This document shows, in pieces, positions 9,997 through 17,296 of a DNA stretch of 29,363 bases. A model generated the notes under the pieces. The model saw only the letters and a program-made list of their open reading frames with translations, had not been told where the DNA came from and did not search any database. Within the stretch, counting starts at the first letter, position 1; every line of letters starts with the position of its first letter. The translations under genes were made by a program, and so were the position numbers. This stretch comes from a virus (taxonomy: Duplodnaviria > Heunggongvirae > Uroviricota > Caudoviricetes), in the IMG/VR virus record IMGVR_UViG_2713896897_000016, positions 1 through 29,363 of that record; one strand, given 5' to 3'.

Positions 9997-10597
9997 CGTT
10001 ACCTCCGGTGAGATAAGCAACGAATCCGAAATGTGAACCCGATTTTTCTACAAACGCGTCAAACGCCCCCATCAGGCTATTCGATTCATCATCTGTCATT
10101 GGCACGCGTTTACGATTGAACGTTAACCAGTTCATATCGTCGGCCCCTGTCTGCCCCTCATCTTTATCAAACGCTATCGGAATACCGCCGTCTGCCAGCA
10201 GTTCGTCAAGCTCAGGTTCATTGAATCCGAGCAGTGAGAGATCATAACCCTCGCCCAGTAATTCGCTCAGCTCAATACGTAGTAGGCCTTCGTCCCAACC
10301 AGCGTTAAGCGGGAGGCGATTGTCAACCATTCGGTAGGCGCGTTTTTGCTGGTCCGTTAATCCCGTCAGGGTAATTGTTGGCACCTGCTCAAGCGTAAGC
10401 AATTCAGCGGCAGCGCACCGCCCATGCCCTGCGATAATTACACCAGCCTCATCGATTAGAACCGGATTGGTCCAGCCGTATTCCTTAATGCTGGCGGCGA
10501 TCTGTTCTATTTGCTCCTCAGAATGTGTCCGCGTATTTCTTTCGTACTCATTCAGTTCGGAAATGTTTTTAAAAATAACTGCTATCTGTTCAGCCAT
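9983..10597 (-). CDS. ParB-N (ParB-like nuclease) domain protein, 204 aa
   Basis: ISELNEYERNTRTHSEEQIEQIAASIKEYGWTNPVLID..IIAGHGRCAAA is a ParB-N signature. I took the ATG at 10597. The longer ORF to 10720 adds an implausible Pro/Gly/Arg-rich leader. Confidence 0.75.
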   Translation of the reverse strand: MAEQIAVIFKNISELNEYERNTRTHSEEQIEQIAASIKEYGWTNPVLIDEAGVIIAGHGRCAAAELLTLEQVPTITLTGLTDQQKRAYRMVDNRLPLNAGWDEGLLRIELSELLGEGYDLSLLGFNEPELDELLADGGIPIAFDKDEGQTGADDMNWLTFNRKRVPMTDDESNSLMGAFDAFVEKSGSHFGFVAYLTGGNDAHA

Positions 10598-10793
10598 GTC
10601 TATTCCGATTACTATTACCCGGCTTGCGCGAGCAAGTGGGCCTCGGTTTGTATCCACGGCGCGATGTGGGTATGAATGACTGTCGCCAGCTCCAACTGGC
10701 GGCGGTCGCCCACCTTCCAATAATCACTATCGAGCGCCAGTAATTGACGCTCTGTACTGTTTATTTGCTGTAAATTGTCAACGCGTCATATTG

Positions 10794-11042
10794 TTAGACG
10801 TCGATTCGAATCGTCGCAGCCTTCAACAATCCACTACACACAGCACCGCTAACAGAGTGTCCGGCTGGGGATATTGCTGTGAATTTAGTTGAATAGGTGT
10901 CGTCTTTAGAGCACATCAACCCCGCATAACCCCGAATCTGTATATTGGTGTACCCGTTAACCTCCAGTGCTTTTCGAGCGGAATCCGGGTCAGTGCACGC
11001 AGTCAACGAGAGAAATAAGGCGGCCAGCAATGTTTTTTTCAT
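10794..11042 (-). CDS. Lipoprotein (82 aa), function unknown
   Basis: Signal peptide plus lipobox (MKKTLLAALFLSLTAC). It is the last gene of the lysis cluster. Confidence 0.7.
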   Translation of the reverse strand: MKKTLLAALFLSLTACTDPDSARKALEVNGYTNIQIRGYAGLMCSKDDTYSTKFTAISPAGHSVSGAVCSGLLKAATIRIDV

Positions 11043-11045
11043 TGC

Positions 11046-11240
11046 TTATTCCTTTACCGGACACTCAGCCGCCGCGCCCGTGGAATCAATACAATTGCCG
11101 TTTGCCGTGGTAATTTTCGTACCCGGCGCAATCGCAATATGTTTCACCGTCGTTCCGTCCGCGCGCGTCGCCTCTGTATACGTCGTGTGCGTACAGCCAG
11201 CCAGGGCGACTAGCGCCACCAGAATTAATAATCTTTTCAT
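11046..11240 (-). CDS. Small lipoprotein (64 aa); possible outer-membrane spanin or exclusion lipoprotein
   Basis: MKRLLILVALVALAGC lipobox, with GAGG upstream of the ATG at 11240. A GTG at 11246 is an alternative start. It lies immediately after the endolysin. Confidence 0.65.
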   Translation of the reverse strand: MKRLLILVALVALAGCTHTTYTEATRADGTTVKHIAIAPGTKITTANGNCIDSTGAAAECPVKE

Positions 11241-11242
11241 CG

Positions 11243-11728
11243 TCACGCCTCACTAATTGAAAAACTAATATTCACTCGTTCGGGCAAATTAAAATCAGGG
11301 ATTTCCTGAACGCCTGCGGGCCAGCGATAACCGCTCACCCGCGAGCGCGGAAATGCTTTGATATTCACCGCGTCGGACTGATTGCCGCCCAGCACCAGCA
11401 AATCACCCGCGCTATTTTGACCGACAACAAAACCAACATGCCCGCCGCCGTCGCGTTTAAATACGACAACGCACCCGAACGCCGGTTTTAATAGCTGCTC
11501 ACCCCAGCCGAGGTATGAGCCAGCCGACTCAAACCGCGTTGATTTAATTCCGCAACGTTCCAGCACAGCTCCGGTGAACGCAGCACACCAGGGAGTTTCA
11601 TCGTCTTTGATACCGCTCCGTTTGATGTCGCGCCAGAACTGGAGGATCTCCTGGTTATGCTGCTGTCCTTTAATCTCTTTCAGTCCGATAAATTTATGAG
11701 CTTCAGTAAGCCAGCGTGGTTCGCTCAT
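11243..11728 (-). CDS. Endolysin, TIGR02594/CHAP-like (NlpC/P60-type) peptidoglycan hydrolase
   Basis: Candidate catalytic Cys in ETPWCAAF and His in GGGHVGFVVG. It is directly downstream of the holin. Confidence 0.8.
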   Translation of the reverse strand: MSEPRWLTEAHKFIGLKEIKGQQHNQEILQFWRDIKRSGIKDDETPWCAAFTGAVLERCGIKSTRFESAGSYLGWGEQLLKPAFGCVVVFKRDGGGHVGFVVGQNSAGDLLVLGGNQSDAVNIKAFPRSRVSGYRWPAGVQEIPDFNLPERVNISFSISEA

Positions 11729-11755
11729 GGCCTGTCTCCATAAAAAAGCCCCGCA

Positions 11756-12076
11756 TTAGCGAGGCTGGTTATCATCCGTTACGTTTGTGAGTCGTTTTTT
11801 TCTCTGCGATACAATCCAGCGGACCCCGTGTACCCCGCCAATACCGATCAACAGTGCCACCAGCTCAGGCGTAACCTGCACCCCGTAAATTTGAGTTGGT
11901 ATCAACGGCTCAATAGCAAACGTGATTGCCGGACAGAGAATCAGATCTCCGACAGCCTGCCGCCAAGGCGCGCCCGTGTAGAACACCCTGCCGACAACGC
12001 CGACAATAGCCAGGAACATGAGCGTGATCGTGCCGTCGTTTCGCGCTACGAAATCGACTAATGATTTGTGAGGCAT
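11756..12076 (-). CDS. Holin, lambda S-like (class I, three TMDs)
   Basis: Three hydrophobic segments and a charged C-terminus (SQRKKRLTNVTDDNQPR). By-eye alignment to lambda S: GRVFYTGAPWRQAVGDLILCPAITF against [24 protein letters not shown]. Confidence 0.8.
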   Translation of the reverse strand: MPHKSLVDFVARNDGTITLMFLAIVGVVGRVFYTGAPWRQAVGDLILCPAITFAIEPLIPTQIYGVQVTPELVALLIGIGGVHGVRWIVSQRKKRLTNVTDDNQPR

Positions 12077-12514
12077 TGAATCTCACCCTTAAAAGAAATC
12101 AGTAAATAAGACGCTAACGCAACTGATTGATAAATGTTACGCCGAAAAGCGCATCGACCTTTTTCGCCTTATTGCAGATAAGCTAACGGAATTAAGTCAA
12201 TCAAGCCCCAAGCAAGTACAAAACGTAGTGAATGTTATCTATGAGCAAGAGAAACAGCACTACAAGGTTGTAATTTTCTTATGAGGTATATGAAATTGAA
12301 GAAAGCTGCCCCATCAGATTGCAAGCTCATTCAGTACCATTACACATCCTCAGGAAGACAGTTAACTAGAAGCTCCAAAGTTCCCTCTAGTTTGAATCCA
12401 TGAAATTCGGCGATTCATGGAACATAACGATCTCGCCTGAATCTTGATAAGCTGAAGGAAAGTCATCACGTTTTAGAGTAAAAGACCACCTGAAAAGGTT
12501 GTTTAGGGGCAATA

Positions 12515-12542
12515 CAAAAAAAGCGCCCGCAGGCGCTTTTTT
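12515..12542. terminator. Bidirectional rho-independent terminator
   Basis: AAAAAAA-AGCGCC-CGCA-GGCGCT-TTTTTTT. The perfect 6-bp GC stem is flanked by an A-run and a T-run. It sits 16 nt downstream of the stop of the 12558-13454 gene. Confidence 0.75.
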
Positions 12543-12557
12543 TATGATGCTAATTAA

Positions 12558-13454
12558 TTAGCTTAGCCCCTCTGCTTTACGCTGGGCTAAACGTGCTTTA
12601 AGTGAAGATGCGCTTAACACTGCACCTCGAGAAGAACCCGAGGTCTTTACTGCAACCCTTGGTTTCTGCTGAGTAGTGTTGCTCATTTTGGATCTTCCTT
12701 TTGCTGCTAAATTAGTTTGCGGACTATAACTCTTCACGTCTTGCTGGTCAAAGATTTTCGCTTCAATTTCCATCTCTTTATCATCCTCTTTTGACTCATC
12801 ATTCATCCATGCAAGCATTTCCTTCAGACAATCTACGCTTTCAAATCTCTCGATAATTTTAGTCTTTATCTTTTTATTGTAGTTGTCGATGTGGGCATCT
12901 GCAATCCAGTCTAACCGATCAATGACCTGAGCATTTTCCAACCAGATAATAAAGTTAAAATCACCACCAGAGCACGGATCCTTTTGGAAAGCAATGTTCA
13001 TACTTCGTGTAATCAGGTTTAGACCATGCTGCGAAAAGTCAAAAGCGCCACCAGTATTGATGATGCTAACGCTATCAATATACGAATTGATAGCATATGT
13101 TGAACCAGAGCCTGCACAGTAAAAAATGCTACCCAATGCTTTTAATCGCTCCGCACCTATGTAATAGGTAATCGCCCCACTCTTTCTATCCACCTCAATG
13201 AATTCACAGGTACTACGCTCTGCTTCAACATATTTTGCAATCCAATCGGCGAACTCCTCATCAACACCGATGCGGTCACCGATGTAGCCAGCCAAAATTG
13301 CTAAGATTGGGTCGATGTAGCCGGAAAAGAAAAGTATAGAGTCATTTAATACGTAATACTTCTTAAACGGTGCGGCTGCTGGCCTGTCTTCTTCATCCGT
13401 CCAAAGTTGGTCTACAGCAGCGAAAACAGAATCTTGTGCGATAATCGTAGTCAT
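12558..13454 (-). CDS. Orphan HslV/proteasome-beta-like Ntn threonine peptidase with an unrelated about 110 aa acidic-then-basic C-terminal extension
   Basis: It starts MTTIIAQD (HslV starts MTTIVSV), so Thr becomes N-terminal after Met removal. AAVDQ aligns to HslV AGDGQ (Asp17). FKKYYVLNDSILFFSG aligns to VKKVRRLYNDKVIAGFAG (Lys33), with the same 16-residue Asp-to-Lys spacing. CAGSGSTYA aligns to AIGSGGPYA. The alignment is by eye only. Confidence 0.6.
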   Translation of the reverse strand: MTTIIAQDSVFAAVDQLWTDEEDRPAAAPFKKYYVLNDSILFFSGYIDPILAILAGYIGDRIGVDEEFADWIAKYVEAERSTCEFIEVDRKSGAITYYIGAERLKALGSIFYCAGSGSTYAINSYIDSVSIINTGGAFDFSQHGLNLITRSMNIAFQKDPCSGGDFNFIIWLENAQVIDRLDWIADAHIDNYNKKIKTKIIERFESVDCLKEMLAWMNDESKEDDKEMEIEAKIFDQQDVKSYSPQTNLAAKGRSKMSNTTQQKPRVAVKTSGSSRGAVLSASSLKARLAQRKAEGLS

Positions 13455-13585
13455 TGATTCATTACATTTCTATTTTTTTCAAAATGATACAAAAAAATAA
13501 TGATTAAAGCGAATTTTTGAAGGTTAACTCAAACCCATTATGCATACAAAGTGTTGGGAGTCGTAGTAAAAAGACCTTCTAAATG

Positions 13586-13614
13586 AAAAAACCCCATCTG
13601 ATTGACGGGGTTTT
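13586..13614 (-). terminator. Intrinsic terminator-like hairpin downstream of the Q-like gene (tR'-position)
   Basis: AAAACCCC-(11 nt loop)-GGGGTTTT. On the minus strand the stem is followed by a T-run. It lies about 85-110 nt downstream of the Q-like stop, where lambdoid phages place tR'. Confidence 0.45.
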
Positions 13615-13697
13615 AAATTGTTTTGCTCAATGTGTAACACTGCCGAGCATATACAAATAGTGTCAGTTTATTTTTTCGTTTAATTAACAAAAAGTGC

Positions 13698-14354
13698 TCA
13701 TAAGTCTGAGTAGCCACGGGCTTGCATTGCTCTGCTTACATTTTGTAAATCAGTCAGCTCGGCTCTCAGTTCTCGCCGCATTGCATAAAACAAGTCTTCC
13801 TCTAAAACCTTCTCACACCATACAATCCGCTTTCGAGCGGCCTGCACATCTGTCCCTGTCATCCCTGCCAAAGTTACAGCTATACGGTGCGTGTTGAGGT
13901 GTGAGCAATGCCTGAGAACCGCAACCGCGTACATCGGGCTATCTTTTCGCAACGTCTTAACTATCACTCGCTCAATGAACTCCGCGTCATCATCAGCCTG
14001 AGTCTTTTCAAGCCAGTATTTTGTCGTGGATTGCGGGATCACCAATTCGCGTGCTTTTCGAAATAGTTCTTCGCCCCGCAGACCTTCTTCATGCAATCTG
14101 TTAACGGCATGGATGATGCGATCCGCGCTGCCCTGATCCCACTCCTTGCGCATCATTAAGCGTCCTATCACGCTTGATCCCGAACAGCCCGGGCAAGTAT
14201 CGCCCCCCATCACAGCTCCCCACAGGTTCAACATATACCGCACCCACACACGCTGACCCGGCGTTATAGTGCGTTTGCCGTGACACCAGATACGGCGTAA
14301 ATGCGCCTCACTGGTTATAAGCGGGAGTGATTTAAAACCGGCGTTATACGTCAT
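13698..14354 (-). CDS. Putative late-gene antiterminator (Q-like)
   Basis: It occupies the position between NinG and the lysis genes, with an ATGA overlap with NinG. It has a Cys-containing motif (GGDTCPGCSGSS). No close similarity to lambda Q was recognised, so the call rests mostly on synteny. Confidence 0.55.
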   Translation of the reverse strand: MTYNAGFKSLPLITSEAHLRRIWCHGKRTITPGQRVWVRYMLNLWGAVMGGDTCPGCSGSSVIGRLMMRKEWDQGSADRIIHAVNRLHEEGLRGEELFRKARELVIPQSTTKYWLEKTQADDDAEFIERVIVKTLRKDSPMYAVAVLRHCSHLNTHRIAVTLAGMTGTDVQAARKRIVWCEKVLEEDLFYAMRRELRAELTDLQNVSRAMQARGYSDL

Positions 14355-14956
14355 GCTGCGACCCTCTTTTTCAATTCACGTAATCCAGCGCGGGCCTCCG
14401 CGCGTATTTTTGCCAGTTCTTCGACGGTCCAGCGGCGTGCTGTGGTGTCTCTCTCTATCTCCAGCACAGCGGCCTCGCCAATTTTTTGCACCAGCCCAAC
14501 CCGGTAACGCTCGATATTTCCTGATTTGTAGACGTTGCAGGCATCGCATTGCAGATTGACGTTGGCACGGGTGAAACGTAACTGGCCCGCCGCCGCTGTT
14601 GTTCGGTAGTGTCCGGCGTGCCACGCAAACGCATCGCGAGTGCCGCACGAAATACAGCCCTCCCCGTTTGCCAAATCCATCTCCCGACACAGGTCATTGA
14701 ACGCGCGCTGTGTCATGTTGATCCAGTGTGTCAGGGGCTTAACTTTTGCTTTCCGCTCACGCCATTTCGCACGCTCATTTTTCGCTGATTGCACCCTCTC
14801 CTGTTTTTCTTTTGCCTGCTGTTTTTCACGCTGTTTCGCCCTGAGCTGTAGCGCGTATTCAACGCCGTGATCCGGGCAGCACCACCAGACATTAAACGTC
14901 GCCGGGTGAAACCACTCGCGGCAGATTTTGCATTTGCGCCTCGGTTGTTTAGCCAT
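14351..14956 (-). CDS. ninG: NinG/Rap-family recombination endonuclease
   Basis: MAKQPRRKCKICREWFHP..WCCPDHG...CISCG..HAGHY..NVNLQCDACN is the NinG cysteine-cluster pattern. The ATG at 14956 sits 3 nt after the upstream stop. Confidence 0.85.
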   Translation of the reverse strand: MAKQPRRKCKICREWFHPATFNVWWCCPDHGVEYALQLRAKQREKQQAKEKQERVQSAKNERAKWRERKAKVKPLTHWINMTQRAFNDLCREMDLANGEGCISCGTRDAFAWHAGHYRTTAAAGQLRFTRANVNLQCDACNVYKSGNIERYRVGLVQKIGEAAVLEIERDTTARRWTVEELAKIRAEARAGLRELKKRVAA

Positions 14957-14958
14957 AA

Positions 14959-15159
14959 TCAGATCCACATCCAGTTTTGCCAGCAACGTCGGACGCGCGG
15001 AGGTTTTTCACTCTCCGGCAACCGGGCGCTGATAGTCCACGTGACGTGATCTGGATTCAGTTCTCGCACTATCTGAACGCCACGCGCGCGATAACGCTGC
15101 TGGAGTTCGTCGGCCTCAGCAGTTGTACAATTGTCGTGGTTAAACCAGGAGTATTTCAT
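14959..15159 (-). CDS. Hypothetical nin-region protein (66 aa)
   Basis: The ORF is coupled to the HNH gene (TAATG) and to ninG. No family recognised. Confidence 0.5.
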   Translation of the reverse strand: MKYSWFNHDNCTTAEADELQQRYRARGVQIVRELNPDHVTWTISARLPESEKPPRVRRCWQNWMWI

Positions 15160-15743
15160 TACGCCTCCTGCCGTTCGCGCAGGCGCATAAATTCAGAATC
15201 GTGGGAGAGCGTTTCGCAATAACTCCACCGCATACCTCGATGCAAGCCTTGACGCCCTTGAATTGATGCGTGAACCAAAGAGGGGTTGCAACCATACCCT
15301 CTGGTTGATTGCATTGATGGATACCAATACCCAAAGCCGTTCATTTCGGCGATAACCGGGGTTTTAATTTTATTGGATAGACCGGTTTCATTAGCGTGCC
15401 TCATATTCATTTTATGAGTACACCACTCTAAGTTTTCCGGTCGATTGTTGCGCTTATTCCCGTCTATATGATTTACATGGGGATAGTTGTTGGGATTGGG
15501 AACGAAGGCCATCGCAACAAATCTATGCAGCAATTTATGCCCTCCACCAACAGACACCCGAATGTAATGAGAAGTTATACAGCCCTTCAAAATACGACTT
15601 TTGATCGTTCTGGTAGTCCAGGTTTTTTTATCTTTTCCGCACGTAACTACCTCGCGTGACAGACTACGAACACGTGCAAAAGAGCTTACTTCAAAGCTGT
15701 TTTCGTAGCCCGGCACAGGCTTCCAGATTTCCCCCTCAAACAT
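15159..15743 (-). CDS. HNH homing endonuclease with an N-terminal NUMOD4 motif
   Basis: [24 protein letters not shown] (NUMOD4) and [19 protein letters not shown] (HNH). Confidence 0.85.
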   Translation of the reverse strand: MFEGEIWKPVPGYENSFEVSSFARVRSLSREVVTCGKDKKTWTTRTIKSRILKGCITSHYIRVSVGGGHKLLHRFVAMAFVPNPNNYPHVNHIDGNKRNNRPENLEWCTHKMNMRHANETGLSNKIKTPVIAEMNGFGYWYPSMQSTRGYGCNPSLVHASIQGRQGLHRGMRWSYCETLSHDSEFMRLRERQEA

Positions 15744-16174
15744 GGTCGACTCCTTTTGAGTGGTACTCTGAATCGGCTGGGATTCGAAGTTTTATCCCCC
15801 GTTCCACGCACCAGACCTCAATGCGGCGAAGGTAGAAGGTCATCTCCTCGGTATCCAATAATTTTGGTGGATTTAACCAATTTGGTAACACCGAAGACGG
15901 AAATTGGCTTAGCAGGGCAAAACATGCCCTTAAGATATTCGTGAAGCTCTTCCGAGATGTGCACGCAGGATGAGTAGAGACTGGCAGCTTTAGCTACATC
16001 ATCGTTCCACATCCAAAGAAGTGAGTTTTGGGAGGTTGTACGCTTTTCGCGCCACGGCTTGATAATCAGGCGATAGCATTCGCCCGACTCTAACAACGGC
16101 GTTAATTGCTGCCCTATCGCAGCGAAATTTGATTTGTGTAGGCGCAGGCCGTCACGGGGGAATTGCAATGCCAT
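15736..16174 (-). pseudogene. ninB: NinB-like recombination protein, frameshifted in an A4 run
   Basis: LIIKPWREKRTTSQNSLLWMWNDDV matches the NinB xRSxxQNxxxW core. The ORF stops at 15818. Removing one A from the run at 15862-15865 gives ..[36 protein letters not shown].., which resembles the lambda NinB C-terminus (..FAELLELIQAFGTERGVKW..). The restored length is 145 aa, ending in an ATGTTTGA overlap with the HNH start. Confidence 0.65.
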
Positions 16175-16235
16175 CGGTATCGCTCCGTTGGCACAGTGTT
16201 ACTCAGTGCGAGTTGTTCAGGCTCGCGGATGAATA

Positions 16236-16436
16236 TTATAAATCAGTTACGCCGCGAGTGTAAGAGGAGATGGGTAATCCCGCCATTTTTCGCGCATCCT
16301 CCAGTTCAGTTATTGATGTAACGAATTGGTCAGGCCGCAGGACAAAACCGCCAATAATGCGCCCCTCCTCTATTCTCACCAGTACCAGACCTGTGTGACA
16401 CTCTGCGTCTGGTATTAAATCATTCATGATTCTCAT
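16236..16436 (-). CDS. Hypothetical 66 aa protein downstream of a LexA-box-like site (antirepressor candidate)
   Basis: ATG preceded by GGGAG. It is the first ORF after a 157-nt intergenic gap in an otherwise tightly packed operon. Confidence 0.5.
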   Translation of the reverse strand: MRIMNDLIPDAECHTGLVLVRIEEGRIIGGFVLRPDQFVTSITELEDARKMAGLPISSYTRGVTDL

Positions 16437-16465
16437 GATATCTCCCGTTAAATCAGAGACATAAA

Positions 16466-16485
16466 CACTGTATGTGCGTACAGTG
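16466..16485. promoter_or_regulatory. LexA (SOS) box-like palindrome CACTGTATGTGCGTACAGTG
   Basis: Exact CTGT-N8-ACAG core with 7-bp perfect arms (CACTGTA/TACAGTG). It lies 30-49 nt upstream of the ATG at 16436. Confidence 0.5.
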
Positions 16486-16593
16486 CGACCTCATCCGGGA
16501 GCGTCTCAATAAAAACATTGGGCGCATTTTAATAATCAGCAATTAGCGCGGACAGTGGCATAACCCCCTATTGCCGACAAAACGGGGTTATTG

Positions 16594-17235
16594 TCAGTAA
16601 ATGCCAGAAGCCTGTAGCCAGCGTTTTACCGTCCGGGCTGACGGTGAATCGCTGTATTTTTCACTCAGTTTTGATACGACCGTGTTAACGAGAAATACCC
16701 GCGTACAGTTCGGGTGCGCGTCTATAACGTTGACCGCGTGTTGCAACGCCTCATGATAGTGTGGGTTGTGTGGCCTGCCGCCCTTTTTGCCGTTCCTGCG
16801 CCCGAAATCTCCGATTCTGAACGCTGATACCAGCGGGCGCATCAGCAACGTGAAAAACGCATAGGACACGCGCAAATCCCCTTTGAGTATCATGAATGCA
16901 CAACAAAACGCTGCCACACCGTGAGCATCAACAGATATTCGCATCTGGTCGCAAAACGGTTTAACACGAGAAACGAGATAGTCGAGAACTGGCGAGCCGG
17001 TACCGCCAACTACGTAATACCGGATCGCCTCTTCAAACGACACCGCCGTTACGTCTGTGTCGCCGAGTTGTTTCTTGGCGCGCGCCATTACGCGCTCGGA
17101 CATTTGAGTGAATATCTGTTCCGCACGTTCGCGGAACAGGGGCATAGTGATAGCCTGGGTGTCAAGTTTGCGCAGTAGTTCTACGCGCTCGATGAATTTT
17201 TCAGACCAATTTTCGTCATAGATACCGTGTTTCAT
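16594..17235 (-). CDS. Hypothetical 213 aa protein with a possible C-terminal resolvase-type HTH
   Basis: I took the ATG at 17235, preceded by GGGGG. The 17400 extension overlaps the upstream gene. The C-terminus GKKGGRPHNP...SARTVKRWLQASG resembles Hin/resolvase HTH tails. The call is weak. Confidence 0.55.
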   Translation of the reverse strand: MKHGIYDENWSEKFIERVELLRKLDTQAITMPLFRERAEQIFTQMSERVMARAKKQLGDTDVTAVSFEEAIRYYVVGGTGSPVLDYLVSRVKPFCDQMRISVDAHGVAAFCCAFMILKGDLRVSYAFFTLLMRPLVSAFRIGDFGRRNGKKGGRPHNPHYHEALQHAVNVIDAHPNCTRVFLVNTVVSKLSEKYSDSPSARTVKRWLQASGIY

Positions 17236-17296
17236 AATTACCCCCGAATAAATCACGCAAAACACATTTTCATTAACAATTATTCGAGGTTTGTTA

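Noticed and set aside
13615-13697. Attempt to call the pR'-like late promoter and qut site downstream of the Q-like gene
   Set aside because: A CTGACA -35-like hexamer exists, but no acceptable -10 lies at 16-18 nt spacing. I cannot support a promoter call from sequence alone.
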